DNA from: Desulfovibrionales bacterium
GTDB taxonomy: Bacteria; Desulfobacterota; Desulfovibrionia; Desulfovibrionales; Desulfonatronaceae
Length of the DNA stretch: 24,000 bases
Reading direction: 5' to 3'
Assembly: GCA_007693505.1 (NCBI GenBank)
Contig: REDL01000052.1
Span: 51,748-75,747 of the forward strand
Below are positions 1 through 10,259 of the stretch, piece by piece (position 1 is the first letter of the stretch; each line of letters starts with the position of its first letter). The notes below the pieces were generated by a model. That model was not told the DNA's origin and searched no databases. It was given only the letters and a program-made list of their open reading frames with translations. The position numbers were made by a program, and so were the translations under genes.

Positions 1-243
1 ATCATGCTCGGTTGCAAAACGGATATGGGCAAAGTCAGCCTCCCAGCGGCGTACCGCCTGATAGACCAACCTGCGCCGACCACCAACGTCCAGGTAAACC
101 ACGGCGTCACGATGGTATCTCGCCCAGAACAGCTCTCCCCAGAGCAGCAGTGACTGATCCACGGGAAGCCCAACCACGGATGGCAACGTCCCCACATCCA
201 GCCACCACTGATTCCAGGCCAGATCGTTCAGTTGGATGGCCAT
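1..243 (-). CDS. hypothetical protein, partial (3' end runs off the left edge)
   Basis: Absent from the ORF track because there is no stop inside the window. The reverse frame from ATG 243..241 is open to base 1: MAIQLNDLAWNQWWLDVGTLPSVVGLPVDQSLLLWGELFWARYHRDAVVYLDVGGRRRLVYQAVRRWEADFAHIRFATEHD. Hand-counted third-position GC is about two thirds, like neighbouring genes. The overlapping + ORF 12..335 is Pro/Arg-rich and looks like a shadow frame. No family recognised. The same frame stays open up to 444, so the start is uncertain. Confidence 0.4.
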   Translation of the reverse strand, partial: MAIQLNDLAWNQWWLDVGTLPSVVGLPVDQSLLLWGELFWARYHRDAVVYLDVGGRRRLVYQAVRRWEADFAHIRFATEHD

Positions 244-389
244 CCGTTCAGGCCACGTTTGATGTGTTGATTGCGGTGCGACATGCCAGGACAAGGTCCA
301 GCAAATTCGCCCTTGGTGATCGGGAAGAATCGTAACATCAGCCGGACCACATTGCGCCGGTCGTGACGCATCAAAGAAAAACCGAACAT
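228..389 (-). CDS. possible small ORF (53 aa) downstream of nusB, or the frameshifted 5' part of the gene at 1..243
   Basis: Hand translation gives MFGFSLMRHDRRNVVRLMLRFFPITKGEFAGPCPGMSHRNQHIKRGLNGWPSN*. Hand-counted GC3 is about 62% in this frame versus about 44% in the alternative open frame over the same bases. There is no convincing Shine-Dalgarno. It overlaps the ATG at 243 by 16 nt. Confidence 0.25.
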   Translation of the reverse strand: MFGFSLMRHDRRNVVRLMLRFFPITKGEFAGPCPGMSHRNQHIKRGLNGWPSN

Positions 390-412
390 GACGAACGTTG
401 TCCGGGCATTGG

Positions 413-946
413 TCAGAATTGCTGAGGAATCCCAAGTTCACCATGGCTCACCGCCTTGGCCACAGCATCAAGAATGCCGTTCACAAAGGGAAAGGAATGG
501 TCGTCGGCGAATTCCTTGCTCAATTCTATGGCCTCGTTGATGCTGACCCGCAAAGGGATTTCCGGCTCGTACAGCAATTCATAGACAGCCAGGCGGAGCA
601 CACTCAGCTCGGCCTTGGCGATCCGCTCGATTTTCCAGTGTCTGGAAAAGCGGCGAATAACGCCATCGATCTCATCCAAATGGGCAAAAGCACCTGAAAC
701 CAGTTGCAATGCGAATTCCTGGTCCTCCACGGGAATTGCTGTTGACGTGGAGTCGTCAAAGGAGGCACTCGTCGGCTTGGAAGAGGGTTCAGTATGGTCG
801 AACGCATCTTCGTCGTCGTCCTCAGGCAAAGCCCAAAAGGTCCTTCGGACCTGCTCAACACTTTTTACCTTTTGAAAATCCAAGGCAAAAATACACTGCA
901 GTGCTCGCCTTCTCGCGAGTCGTCGATGTACCTTCGGGGAGTCCAT
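413..946 (-). CDS. nusB: transcription antitermination factor NusB
   Basis: 177 aa ORF. The N-terminus RRLARRRALQCIFALDF and the C-terminal half (WKIERIAKAELSVLRLAVYELLYEPEIPLRVSINEAIELSKEF...FVNGILDAV) are typical NusB. It sits directly after ribH, the conserved ribH-nusB arrangement. Confidence 0.9.
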   Translation of the reverse strand: MDSPKVHRRLARRRALQCIFALDFQKVKSVEQVRRTFWALPEDDDEDAFDHTEPSSKPTSASFDDSTSTAIPVEDQEFALQLVSGAFAHLDEIDGVIRRFSRHWKIERIAKAELSVLRLAVYELLYEPEIPLRVSINEAIELSKEFADDHSFPFVNGILDAVAKAVSHGELGIPQQF

Positions 947-970
947 GATTCCTCGCGCCGTTGCCGTGAA

Positions 971-1441
971 TCAGAATTGTTCCAGGACACGGATCATTTC
1001 CAGAGTTGCGGCTGCTGCGTCCACGCCCTTGTTACCGGCCTTGCTCCCGGCTCGTTCCACGGCCTGTTCCAGGGTATCCGTCGTCAGGACGCCGAACCCC
1101 ACGGGTATTCCGCTGTCCAGCATCACCTGGGCCAAACCTTTGGAAACCTCGGCAGAGACATAATCAAAATGCGGCGTTGCACCGCGAATCACCGCCCCCA
1201 GGCAAACGATGCCGTGAAACCGCTTCGCCTCGGCCAGTCGCTTGGCCGCGAGAGGCATTTCGTAGGCACCAGGGACTCGAATCAAGGTGATGTTTGTTTT
1301 TTCGGCACCGTGCCGAACGAGATAATCCACAGCCCCGCCGACAAGACGATCCACGATGAAGTCGTTGAATCGGCTGGCCAGGATGGCGAATCGCAACCCT
1401 GTGGCGTCCAACCGGCCTTCAATGGTCTCAAGATGCTGCAC
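971..1441 (-). CDS. ribH: 6,7-dimethyl-8-ribityllumazine synthase
   Basis: 156 aa: [33 protein letters not shown]...VPGAYEMP...[14 protein letters not shown]. This is the classic RibH signature. It overlaps the ribBA stop by 14 nt. Confidence 0.95.
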   Translation of the reverse strand: MQHLETIEGRLDATGLRFAILASRFNDFIVDRLVGGAVDYLVRHGAEKTNITLIRVPGAYEMPLAAKRLAEAKRFHGIVCLGAVIRGATPHFDYVSAEVSKGLAQVMLDSGIPVGFGVLTTDTLEQAVERAGSKAGNKGVDAAAATLEMIRVLEQF

Positions 1442-2666
1442 CGGCCTTCTCCTTGTCTGCTTTGAAATCCAACATGTGTCCCATTTTTTCCTTCTTGGTC
1501 AGCAAGTATTGCAGATTTTGCTCACACGCCTCGATCTCTACGGGAACCCGCCCGGCAACTTCCAGACCATATCCTTCCAGACCAACGATTTTTTTGGGAT
1601 TGTTGGTCATCATCCGCATCTTGCTCACGCCCAAGTCCACGAGGATCTGCGCGCCAACTCCGTAATCCCGCAGGTCAGGAGCAAAGCCCAGGTCCACATT
1701 GGCTTCCACGGTGTCCCGGCCGCTGTCCTGCAGGCAATAGGCCTTGATCTTGTTGGCCAGACCGATGCCGCGTCCTTCCTGGCGCATATACAGGATTACA
1801 CCGCTGCCTTCTTCGGCAATGATCCGCATGGCCGACTGGAGTTGTGGGCCACAGTCGCAGCGCAATGAGCCGAAAACATCACCTGTCAAGCACTGGCTGT
1901 GCACACGAACCAGGATCGGTTCCTCTGGTTTGATCTCCCCCTTGACCAGGGCCAAGTGCACATTGTTATCCACTTCGCTTTCGTAGGCATAAACCCGGAA
2001 ATCACCACCGCTGCAGGTAGGCAGATTGGCCTCCCCCACACGGCGTACGGAGAGCGAGTCGTGCTTCATCCGGTATCGGATCAGGTCAGCGATGGAGGCA
2101 ATCTTCAGTGCATGCTTGGCGGCGAACACTTCCAGGTCAGGCATTCGGGCCATATTTCCGTCATCGCGCATGATCTCGCAAATCACCGCTGCCGGCTTCA
2201 TCCCGGCCAGACGAGCCAAGTCCACGCTACCTTCGGTCTGCCCAGCCCGGACCAGCACTCCCCCCTTTCTGGCCCGCAACGGGAAGACATGCCCGGGGGA
2301 AACGATGTCCTCGGCCTTGGCGTCGTCGGCAACAGCGGTGAGGATCGTCGTGGCCCGGTCATACGCGGAAATCCCTGTGGAGACTCCGGAACGGGCCTCA
2401 ATGGATACGGTGAAGGCCGTTCCAAACCGCGACTCATTCCGTGAAGACATCATCGGCAAATCCAGTTTCTCCACCAGATCCTGCTCCATGGACAGACAGA
2501 TCAGCCCTCGACCATGAATGGCCATGAAATTGATGATTTCCGGAGTCACGCTCTGGGCTGCAATGGTCAGATCCCCCTCGTTCTCCCTGTTTTCGTCGTC
2601 CACGAGAATGATCATCCGACCCTGCCGAATGTCCTCGATGGCCTCTTCGATACTGCACAGCGCCAT
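1428..2666 (-). CDS. ribBA: bifunctional 3,4-dihydroxy-2-butanone-4-phosphate synthase / GTP cyclohydrolase II
   Basis: The ORF track frame is 1428..2756. I place the start at ATG 2666 ([33 protein letters not shown]...), which is preceded by AAGGGAG 6 nt upstream. The DHBP synthase N-domain and the GCH-II C-domain ([24 protein letters not shown]...[13 protein letters not shown]) are both present. Confidence 0.93.
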   Translation of the reverse strand: MALCSIEEAIEDIRQGRMIILVDDENRENEGDLTIAAQSVTPEIINFMAIHGRGLICLSMEQDLVEKLDLPMMSSRNESRFGTAFTVSIEARSGVSTGISAYDRATTILTAVADDAKAEDIVSPGHVFPLRARKGGVLVRAGQTEGSVDLARLAGMKPAAVICEIMRDDGNMARMPDLEVFAAKHALKIASIADLIRYRMKHDSLSVRRVGEANLPTCSGGDFRVYAYESEVDNNVHLALVKGEIKPEEPILVRVHSQCLTGDVFGSLRCDCGPQLQSAMRIIAEEGSGVILYMRQEGRGIGLANKIKAYCLQDSGRDTVEANVDLGFAPDLRDYGVGAQILVDLGVSKMRMMTNNPKKIVGLEGYGLEVAGRVPVEIEACEQNLQYLLTKKEKMGHMLDFKADKEKAGAAS

Positions 2667-2691
2667 ATATCGCTCCCTTGTTTCCGGGCGG

Positions 2692-3390
2692 TTAAAATCC
2701 ATGTTCGCGCAAAAACGCCTCGCTGATCCCCCCGGACCGAGCTGTGGTCGACCCACTGGCCGATGGCGAGGCCTCGGTCCAAGGCGTCAGCATGCGTTGC
2801 ACATATTTGCCGATCAGATCGGTTTCCATATTCACGTCCCGGCCCGGCTGCCATGCCGATATGGTCGTGTTCCGCCACGTTTCCGGGATGATGTTTACTT
2901 CAAGAAAGCCATCTCCGCAGGCATTGACCGTCAAACTGATCCCGTCCAGAGTCACGGACCCCTTGGTTACTACCAGAGGAGAAAAGGCGGCAGGGAACAG
3001 AAGTCGAAACCATCGGGATTGCCCAGTTTGGCGCATTTCTCCGACACGCGCCAGGCAGTCCACATGGCCGCTGACCAGATGCCCACCTAGCCTGTCGCCC
3101 AAAGCCAGAGCCCGTTCCAGATTGACGCGCATCCCGGTGCGCAGGCCACCCAGGTTGGTCAATCGCAAGGTCTCTGCCGAAGCAAAGACGGAAAAACGAT
3201 CCGCACTGAAGGATTCCACGGTCAGGCAAACGCCATTGACCGCAATGCTCTCCCCTCGGACATAGTCGTGAAACGGGATCTCTGGAGCAATCTCCAAGCG
3301 TGTTTCCCGGTCAGACTGTCCAGCCCTGTCGCCCTGCCTGCCTGCAATCCCCAGAACCTTGCCCGGCCCTTGAATCAGTCCGGTGAACAT
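2692..3390 (-). CDS. ribE: riboflavin synthase (alpha chain)
   Basis: 232 aa starting MFTGLIQG. It has the duplicated-barrel motifs [13 protein letters not shown] and [12 protein letters not shown]. Confidence 0.9.
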   Translation of the reverse strand: MFTGLIQGPGKVLGIAGRQGDRAGQSDRETRLEIAPEIPFHDYVRGESIAVNGVCLTVESFSADRFSVFASAETLRLTNLGGLRTGMRVNLERALALGDRLGGHLVSGHVDCLARVGEMRQTGQSRWFRLLFPAAFSPLVVTKGSVTLDGISLTVNACGDGFLEVNIIPETWRNTTISAWQPGRDVNMETDLIGKYVQRMLTPWTEASPSASGSTTARSGGISEAFLREHGF

Positions 3391-4607
3391 CCCTCTTCCC
3401 TTGCATGTGTCCTCAGCTCTTCAGCTTCAGAGGATGCCGTTTCCGGGCGCAAGACGAGCCGCAGATCTCCCTCCAGTTCCTCTATCCGGCTTGTTCGCCA
3501 GCGTTTGGCCTCTGCCATTCGGGAAATGCCGGCACCGGACAAAAGCGGCACGGCCTGGGCATCGCCCAGAGTCCGGGGAGCAAGAAATAGCCACCACTCC
3601 CCAACAAGGTCGGCGGAAACAAGACTCTGTGCCAATCCTCCACCGCCCTCGCACAGCGCGTCCATCACCCCCAACTCGTGGCGCAACCGGATCAGGCAGG
3701 ATTCCAGGTCAACAAGGCAGTCCGTGCCTGCTCCCCAAACCCGAACTCCGAGCTCACGCAGTTTTTCAGCTGCCTTGCTGTGGGCTGCGGCAGGAGTAGT
3801 CCAGAAAATCGTTTCCCCGGCCCGTTTTCGCAACAAATACCTGTCCTCGTGAGCATCCGGCAACTTGGTCCCGACAATGACGGCCACCGGCTGGACAACG
3901 TTTTCTTGTGTTTTTTCGTTGTCTTCATGGCCGGTAGTGGAATGATTTGTCCGACATCGGCTGGTTAACCGAGGATCATCCATCCGGAACGTGCCCGCCC
4001 CGACGATCACCGCCCCGACCCGACCTCGCAAATGGTGAACCACTTGCCGGGACCGGGCGTTGGTGATCCATTGGGAATCCCCGGAACGTGCAGCTATTCG
4101 CCCATCCAGTGTAGCGGCCATTTTAAGATAAAGGTAAGGGCGCGGAGTGGCAATCCATGTATGAAAATCCGCAATCAGGTCCAGGCAGTCCCGTTCGGCC
4201 ACTCCTACCGAAACCTGTACGCCCTGCTGACGCAAAAAAGCAATACCGCCTCCCGGAACACGAGGATTTGGGTCCGCCGTGCCTATAACGACCTGCCTGA
4301 TTCCGGCATGAACCACGGCCTGGGTGCACGGAGGGGTCCGTCCGGTGTGATTGCAGGGTTCAAGAGTCACCCAAAGCGTACAATCGCCGGGTGCAACCCC
4401 TTTTGTCGCGGCGTCACGCAGAACCTCCACCTCGGCATGAGGCAGTCCCGGCCCATGATGGTACCCCTGGGCCACGATTTGCCCTTTCCGTGTCAACACC
4501 GCGCCGACGCAGGGATTGGGAGCAGTGATTCCCTTGCCGCGTTCAGCCAGGGCCACGGCCTGACGCATGATCCAGTCGGCATTCTCAGGAAGCGGAAAGT
4601 TGTTCAA
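3375..4607 (-). CDS. ribD: bifunctional diaminohydroxyphosphoribosylaminopyrimidine deaminase / 5-amino-6-(5-phosphoribosylamino)uracil reductase
   Basis: 410 aa. Deaminase motifs are [16 protein letters not shown] and [14 protein letters not shown]. The reductase domain is [12 protein letters not shown]. It overlaps the ribE start by 16 nt. Confidence 0.9.
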   Translation of the reverse strand: MNNFPLPENADWIMRQAVALAERGKGITAPNPCVGAVLTRKGQIVAQGYHHGPGLPHAEVEVLRDAATKGVAPGDCTLWVTLEPCNHTGRTPPCTQAVVHAGIRQVVIGTADPNPRVPGGGIAFLRQQGVQVSVGVAERDCLDLIADFHTWIATPRPYLYLKMAATLDGRIAARSGDSQWITNARSRQVVHHLRGRVGAVIVGAGTFRMDDPRLTSRCRTNHSTTGHEDNEKTQENVVQPVAVIVGTKLPDAHEDRYLLRKRAGETIFWTTPAAAHSKAAEKLRELGVRVWGAGTDCLVDLESCLIRLRHELGVMDALCEGGGGLAQSLVSADLVGEWWLFLAPRTLGDAQAVPLLSGAGISRMAEAKRWRTSRIEELEGDLRLVLRPETASSEAEELRTHAREEGCSPD

Positions 4608-5031
4608 AGTGAACTCCTGCCTCGCACAACATGTTCACGGCCAAGTCGTCGGGATAGCCCTGTTCAAAAAAGATCGCGCCAACACCGCAATTGATGAGCA
4701 TTTTGGTACAGATCAGACAAGGCTGGGTTGTACAGTAGATATGAGCACCTTCCAGACGCACACCATGAGTGGCCGCTTGGATGATCACATTCTGCTCCGC
4801 ATGCAGGCCGCGGCACAATTCATGGCGCTGGCCCGAGGGAATAGCCATTTTCTCCCGCAGGCACCCAATATCCAGACAATGCCCCAGGCCAGCCGGTGCA
4901 CCGTTGTAGCCTGTGGCAAGAATCCTCTTTTCCTGAACAGCCAATGCACCAACCTTGCGCCGCAGGCATGTGGAGCGTTCAGCCACAAGTTTGGCAATGC
5001 CCATGAAGTATTCCGGCCATGGCAGACGCAT
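4585..5031 (-). CDS. deoxycytidylate (dCMP) deaminase, ComEB family
   Basis: 148 aa. [18 protein letters not shown], the zinc motifs HAEQNVI and [10 protein letters not shown], and GYNGAP are all present. It overlaps the ribD start by 23 nt. Confidence 0.85.
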   Translation of the reverse strand: MRLPWPEYFMGIAKLVAERSTCLRRKVGALAVQEKRILATGYNGAPAGLGHCLDIGCLREKMAIPSGQRHELCRGLHAEQNVIIQAATHGVRLEGAHIYCTTQPCLICTKMLINCGVGAIFFEQGYPDDLAVNMLCEAGVHFEQLSAS

Positions 5032-5104
5032 CAGCTCAGCGCGTCCTCAGCATCTATGCGTAACAGGTTGCAACCAGTCAGTCCCGTCCATAAAACAGCC
5101 GGCG

Positions 5105-6349
5105 TTATTCCACGAAAAGGGGAAACTGCGCGGCGAAATCCCGGACCTGGGATTCGATGCGTCGCAGTTCGTTCTCGTTTTCCCGCTGCTCCAGTGCGGC
5201 CACAATCCACTCCACCACGCGCAGCATATGTTCTTCGGTCATGCCTCGTGTGGTCAACGCCGGAGTCCCCAAGCGAATGCCGGAGGTCACAAAAGGTGAA
5301 CGGGTTTCGAAGGGCACCGTGTTTTTGTTCACGGTTATTCCAGCCTTATCCAGGGCGATTTCCGCGTCCTTTCCGGTGATGTTCTTGTTGGTCAAATCAA
5401 CGAGCATCAGGTGGTTGTCGGTTCCTCCGGACACCAGGGCGAAACCGGCATTTGTCAGGGCCTTGGCCATGGCCTGGGCGTTATTGATCACCTGTTGCTG
5501 GTAGCGAACGAATGATGGACGGAGCGCCTCGCCGAACGCCACGGCCTTGGAGGCGATCACATGCATCAAGGGTCCTCCCTGGATGCCGGGGAAAATTTGG
5601 GAGTTCAATAGCTTTCCAAACTCTTCGGTGGCAAGAATCATCCCCCCGCGAGGACCTCGCAAGGTCTTGTGGGTTGTGGTAGTGATGAAATGCGCGCTGT
5701 CTACTGGTGAAGGATGCAACTTCGCGGCAATCAACCCGGCGATATGCGCCATGTCCACCATCAGTTTCGCCCCGACCTCGTCAGCTATTTCACGGAAGGC
5801 TGGAAAATCAATTACCCGGGAATACGCACTGGCCCCGGCAATAATGACCTTGGGACGGTGTTCACGGGCCATGGTTCGGACCTGGTCGTAGTCGATGGTC
5901 CCATCTTCCTTGCGTACACCGTAAAAAACCACTTTGTAGAGTTTTCCGGAAAAATTCACCGGACTGCCGTGGGTCAGATGACCGCCATGGGCAAGATCCA
6001 TTCCTAAAATGACATCGCCCGGCTGAAGTGCGCCGAAATATACGGCCATGTTGGCCTGGGATCCGGAGTGCGGCTGAACGTTGACGTATTCGGTCTGGAA
6101 TAATTGCTTTGCGCGATCCTGGGCCAGGGTCTCGGCCATGTCTACGTATTCACAGCCACCGTAGTAGCGTTTGCCGGGATAACCTTCGGCATATTTATGC
6201 GTCAGAACGCTGCCCATGGCCATACGCACCGCCGGAGATGTAAAGTTCTCCGAAGCGATCAACTCCAACTTGTGCAGTTGGCGCTGCTCCTCCAGGCGGA
6301 TCGCTTCCGCGATTTCCGGATCAATGCGATTGAGGTCGTCAAGATTCAT
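5105..6349 (-). CDS. glyA: serine hydroxymethyltransferase
   Basis: The frame is 5105..6391. The start is placed at ATG 6349 ([17 protein letters not shown]...), with GGAG upstream. The family motifs [16 protein letters not shown] and [14 protein letters not shown] (PLP-lysine region) are present. Confidence 0.95.
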   Translation of the reverse strand: MNLDDLNRIDPEIAEAIRLEEQRQLHKLELIASENFTSPAVRMAMGSVLTHKYAEGYPGKRYYGGCEYVDMAETLAQDRAKQLFQTEYVNVQPHSGSQANMAVYFGALQPGDVILGMDLAHGGHLTHGSPVNFSGKLYKVVFYGVRKEDGTIDYDQVRTMAREHRPKVIIAGASAYSRVIDFPAFREIADEVGAKLMVDMAHIAGLIAAKLHPSPVDSAHFITTTTHKTLRGPRGGMILATEEFGKLLNSQIFPGIQGGPLMHVIASKAVAFGEALRPSFVRYQQQVINNAQAMAKALTNAGFALVSGGTDNHLMLVDLTNKNITGKDAEIALDKAGITVNKNTVPFETRSPFVTSGIRLGTPALTTRGMTEEHMLRVVEWIVAALEQRENENELRRIESQVRDFAAQFPLFVE

Positions 6350-6478
6350 CTGTCTCGTCTCCAGGAATAAGATTTGCGATGCACCACGCAATGCCTTTTG
6401 GCCTGATTAGGGTGCAAAAAAGATAAGACTGGTGTGGTAACCGATGAGGTCGCAATCAGAACCTGTCAATTTTTTCGG

Positions 6479-7723
6479 TTAGCCATCCCAGCGTTTGTAG
6501 AGGATAGCGGCATTCGTGCCGCCAAAACCGAAGGAATTACAGAGCACATAGTTGACATCAGCCTTCCTGGATCCGTCAGTAACGTAATCCAAGTCGCACT
6601 CGGGATCCGGATCGACCATGTTGATCGTCCCAGGAATTATGCCGTGGTGCAGGGTCAGAATGGAAAAAACACTCTCCACCCCACCGGCGGCTCCAAGCAG
6701 GTGACCGATCATCGATTTATTGCCCGTAATGGGAATGGAGGCGGCATGCTTGCCGAAAACTCTTTTGATCGCTTTCGTCTCGGTAATATCATTGAGCTTC
6801 GTGGAGGTACCATGGGCATTGATATGATCCACATCTCCAGGAGCAACACCGGCCTCATCCAGAGCGGCCTGCATGGCCAGAGACATGCCCTCACCATTCT
6901 CTTCAGGGGCGGTGATGTGGTAGGCATCGCCTGAAGCTCCATAGCCGACAACCTCGGCCAGAATGGTCGCCCCACGAGCCTGAGCATGTTCCAATGTTTC
7001 CAGGAGCAACAAACCGCAACCCTCGCCCATGATGAATCCGTCGCGGTTGTTCTCAAAGGGCCGCGAAGCCAACTGCGGTTCGTCATTCCGTGTGGACAGG
7101 GCCTTGAGTGCGTTGAAGCCGGCCATGGCCAATGGGGTGAGACTGGCTTCGGTTCCACCGCAAATGGCCACGTCGGTACGACCCAGCAACAATTCGGAAA
7201 AAGCTGTACCGATTGAGTGCAGTCCAGATGCGCAGGCCGAGGTGGTTACCAGGTTGTTCCCCTTGGCGCCGGTAAAAATGGAAACCTGCCCGGCGGCCAT
7301 GTTGGAAATCAACGAAGGAATAAAAAATGCGGAAATTTTCCGTGGTCCGCTTTTGAGCATGGTGGTTTGGGAGCGCTCCAAAGCATCCAGCCCACCAATA
7401 CCGCAACCAATGATTACAGCGGTTCGATGGGCACGATCCGCTGGTATGGTCCAGCGGGCATCTTCCAGAAGCATCTTCGCACCGGCCACGGCAAACTGGG
7501 CAAACAACTCCATCCTGCGGGTCTGTTTTGCCGGCATGTATTTCTCAGGCTCAAAGCCCTTGACCTCCGCGGCGATTTTGGTTGCATGGTCCTGGCAATC
7601 AAAGCGGGTCAATGGGGCAATACCCGATACCCCCTGGATCAACCGCTCCCAACTGGTCTGGGCGGTCACCCCCAACGGGGTGACCGCTGACAGACCGGTA
7701 ACGACTATTTTCTTTCTGGACAT
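6479..7723 (-). CDS. fabF: beta-ketoacyl-ACP synthase II
   Basis: 414 aa: KKIVVTGLSAVTPLG, active-site TTSACASG, HGTSTKLND, and C-terminal NSFGFGGTNA. It is located after acpP. Confidence 0.95.
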   Translation of the reverse strand: MSRKKIVVTGLSAVTPLGVTAQTSWERLIQGVSGIAPLTRFDCQDHATKIAAEVKGFEPEKYMPAKQTRRMELFAQFAVAGAKMLLEDARWTIPADRAHRTAVIIGCGIGGLDALERSQTTMLKSGPRKISAFFIPSLISNMAAGQVSIFTGAKGNNLVTTSACASGLHSIGTAFSELLLGRTDVAICGGTEASLTPLAMAGFNALKALSTRNDEPQLASRPFENNRDGFIMGEGCGLLLLETLEHAQARGATILAEVVGYGASGDAYHITAPEENGEGMSLAMQAALDEAGVAPGDVDHINAHGTSTKLNDITETKAIKRVFGKHAASIPITGNKSMIGHLLGAAGGVESVFSILTLHHGIIPGTINMVDPDPECDLDYVTDGSRKADVNYVLCNSFGFGGTNAAILYKRWDG

Positions 7724-7834
7724 ACTTCCACCTTAGACTTGTCCGACTGACAGGAAAAAGACGAGCGCCTTGTGACCACGCCAAGGAGGATCACAAGACG
7801 CCCGAAACATCTTCGGCTACCCTGGAGAATCGGA

Positions 7835-8068
7835 TCAGGCGACCTTGGATTGAATGTAGGTCAGTGCATCCTTGACTTTGGTCATTTTTTGGGCGTCTTC
7901 ATCGTCGATCTCAACGCCGAACTCCTCCTCCATGGCCATGATCAGTTCCGTCAGGTCCAGGGAATCCGCGCCAAGGTCGTCGACAAAGGCCGCATCGGGT
8001 GTGACCTGATCAGCGGAAACGCCGAGTTGGTCGACTATAATCTTTTTGACCTTTTCTTCCATTGACAT
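7835..8068 (-). CDS. acpP: acyl carrier protein
   Basis: The start is at ATG 8068 ([17 protein letters not shown]...), preceded by GGGAGGAG. The phosphopantetheine site is [21 protein letters not shown]. Confidence 0.95.
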   Translation of the reverse strand: MSMEEKVKKIIVDQLGVSADQVTPDAAFVDDLGADSLDLTELIMAMEEEFGVEIDDEDAQKMTKVKDALTYIQSKVA

Positions 8069-8330
8069 GATCGTTCTCCTCCCAGCTGAAAAAAGTAAGT
8101 GGTTTGTTTGCTTGCTCCGCACCGTGCTGCGGAATCCGGTCCATGCCGAACATTGTCCTTTGTATTCCTGCTCTCATCAGGTCGAAACCAGCACGCTGTG
8201 ATCTTCATGGCAGTCTCTTCAATCGTTGAGAACGAAGCGTACTGTGGCCAATTTGACCAGGCCCGCGAAACTCGTAAAAAAAAACGGCACACAGCAACTG
8301 GTTTCGGCAAAAGCATGAGCAGATACATTG

Positions 8331-9083
8331 CTACATGTACATCCCGCCTGTCACGCCGATAACCTGCCCGGTAATGTATCCAGCGCCTTCCGAGGCCAGA
8401 AACGCGACAGTGTCCGCAATTTCCTCGGCTTGGCCGAAACGACGCATGGGAATGCGATCCATGTAGATATTTTGAATTTCCTCGGACAAGGCGGACGTCA
8501 TATCCGTATCTATGAATCCTGGTGCAACGGCATTGACGGTGATCCCGCGAGAAGCCAATTCCTGGGCCGCTGACTTGGTCAGCCCGATCAACCCGGCCTT
8601 GGATGCGGCATAATTGGCCTGGCCGGAATTGCCCATTTGTCCAACCACCGAAGAAATATTGATGATCCGTCCGTAACGTTGCCGAATCATCAGTTTGGCC
8701 GCCTCCTGCAGGCAGACGAAACTACCGGTAAGGTTGACGCGCAAGACCGACTCCCAATCTGCCGGCTTCATTCGAATGATCAGGTTATCCTTGGTCATTC
8801 CGGCATTGTTGACCAGAACTTCCAGTCGAACCTTGTCCTTGATTCGCTCTTGAAAAAAAACACCAACCGCTTCGCTGTCCCCGACATCCAATCGAAACGC
8901 CGAGGCCTTGCCCCCACGAGACTGAATGACTTCCTGAACCGCCTCGGCCAACTCCGGCCTGCTGACGTAGGTTACGAAAACCTGATAACCGTCCTGCGCC
9001 AAACGCAGGGCCACGGCCCGGCCGATTCCTCGAGACGCCCCGGTAACCAGAGCCGTCTTGATCAGTTCACTCATACGCTCCAT
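8331..9083 (-). CDS. fabG: 3-oxoacyl-ACP reductase
   Basis: 250 aa SDR: ALVTGASRGIG, NNAG, the YAASKAG catalytic motif and a C-terminal GGMYM. An alternative start at ATG 9074 (MSELIK...) is equally possible. Confidence 0.92.
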   Translation of the reverse strand: MERMSELIKTALVTGASRGIGRAVALRLAQDGYQVFVTYVSRPELAEAVQEVIQSRGGKASAFRLDVGDSEAVGVFFQERIKDKVRLEVLVNNAGMTKDNLIIRMKPADWESVLRVNLTGSFVCLQEAAKLMIRQRYGRIINISSVVGQMGNSGQANYAASKAGLIGLTKSAAQELASRGITVNAVAPGFIDTDMTSALSEEIQNIYMDRIPMRRFGQAEEIADTVAFLASEGAGYITGQVIGVTGGMYM

Positions 9084-9194
9084 CCTGTTTCGTCATGATA
9101 ATTGGCTCACGGCTCTCGTGGGCGGGTATCAACCGGTTGTCCACTAGCCCGGCACGAGCGGTTCCCAGGTTTGTGGACGGCACATGCCGGCTTC

Positions 9195-10178
9195 TCAGTA
9201 ACGCAGCAATGCCGCGGCCCAGTTGAGTCCTCCCCCAAATGCGGTCAACATAACGTTGCTTCCTGGTGGAATCAATGCTTCCCGGCTGGCTTCAGCCAAG
9301 GCGATGGGGATGGAAGCCGCCGAAGTGTTGCCGTATTTTTCGATATTCACGAAAACCTTGTCCATGGGGATCTCCAAGCGACTGGCCAGGGACTCAATGA
9401 TCCGGATATTTGCTTGATGCGGGATGACCAAATCGATATCCGAGGCCTTCAGTCCATGCTTTTCCAAAAGACGCTGGGTTATGGTCGCCATGGATCGCAC
9501 GGCATGCTTGAAGATTTCCCGCCCTTGCATTTGGACGAAAAAATCATCGCCAACCGGCTCACCCAGTTTCAACGGAGCAGCCGAACCACCACCACGCACC
9601 ACCAGCAGTTCGCTGAGTGATCCGTCACCATCGAGCAGAACGTCCACCACTTCCGCACTCTGGGAAGTCGGCTTTGACGTGACCACCACGGCTCCTGCGC
9701 CATCTCCGAACAGCACGCAGGTTGAGCGGTCCTTCCAATTCAAGCGCGAGGAAATCACCTCGCTGCCAACGACCAGGACCACTGCTTCTGGATGCAGGGC
9801 GAGGATTGCCCGGGCGGTCTCCAAGGCAAACAAAAAACCTGAGCAGGCCGCGGAAACGTCCATGGCCATCCCCCGAGGAACACCCAAATGATGCCGCAGA
9901 GCATAGGCAGTAGCGGGGATGTAGGCATCAGGGGAAAACGTTCCCAGCAGGACGTGGGTGACATCCTGCGCGGGCACTCCGGCATCTTCCAGGGCATTTC
10001 TGGCCGCCTCGACGCCCAGCATGGAAGCGGATTCCCCAGGGGCAGCGATACGCCGCTCCTTGATTCCCGTGCGGCTGACGATCCATTCATCCGTGGTGTC
10101 CACATACTCTTGAAGAGCGGTGTTGGTCACAACCTGTTCAGGTACGTAAGCCCCGGTTCCGATAATATATGCCGTCAT
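9195..10178 (-). CDS. fabH: beta-ketoacyl-ACP synthase III
   Basis: The frame is 9195..10205. The start is taken at ATG 10178 (MTAYIIGTGAYVPEQVVTN). Also present are DTTDEWIVSRTGIKERR, the active-site region AACSGF, HQANIRI and FGGGLNW. Confidence 0.92.
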   Translation of the reverse strand: MTAYIIGTGAYVPEQVVTNTALQEYVDTTDEWIVSRTGIKERRIAAPGESASMLGVEAARNALEDAGVPAQDVTHVLLGTFSPDAYIPATAYALRHHLGVPRGMAMDVSAACSGFLFALETARAILALHPEAVVLVVGSEVISSRLNWKDRSTCVLFGDGAGAVVVTSKPTSQSAEVVDVLLDGDGSLSELLVVRGGGSAAPLKLGEPVGDDFFVQMQGREIFKHAVRSMATITQRLLEKHGLKASDIDLVIPHQANIRIIESLASRLEIPMDKVFVNIEKYGNTSAASIPIALAEASREALIPPGSNVMLTAFGGGLNWAAALLRY

Positions 10179-10259
10179 AAGTCTTAAGTATGCGCAAAAG
10201 CGCAAAATATTTTTTTGAAGGAGTCCTGGCTCGGTAGGTGCAGCTTATACCCTTTGCCC

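Noticed and set aside
12-335. 107 aa plus-strand ORF at the left edge
   Set aside because: It is Pro/Arg/Thr-rich and has no SD. The opposite strand shows better codon-position GC bias and a more protein-like sequence.
794-1465. 223 aa plus-strand ORF over nusB/ribH, and similar long antisense ORFs (7029..7736 over fabF, 13265..13996 over gltX, 23018..23923 over tmk, 4567..5379 over the deaminase/glyA)
   Set aside because: All lie antisense to genes with unambiguous family signatures, and none has recognisable motifs of its own.
8069-8330. A9/T9 homopolymer and the surrounding 262 nt fabG-acpP spacer as a terminator or attenuator
   Set aside because: I could not find a stable stem immediately preceding the T-run on the minus strand. 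It is most simply the acpP promoter region.
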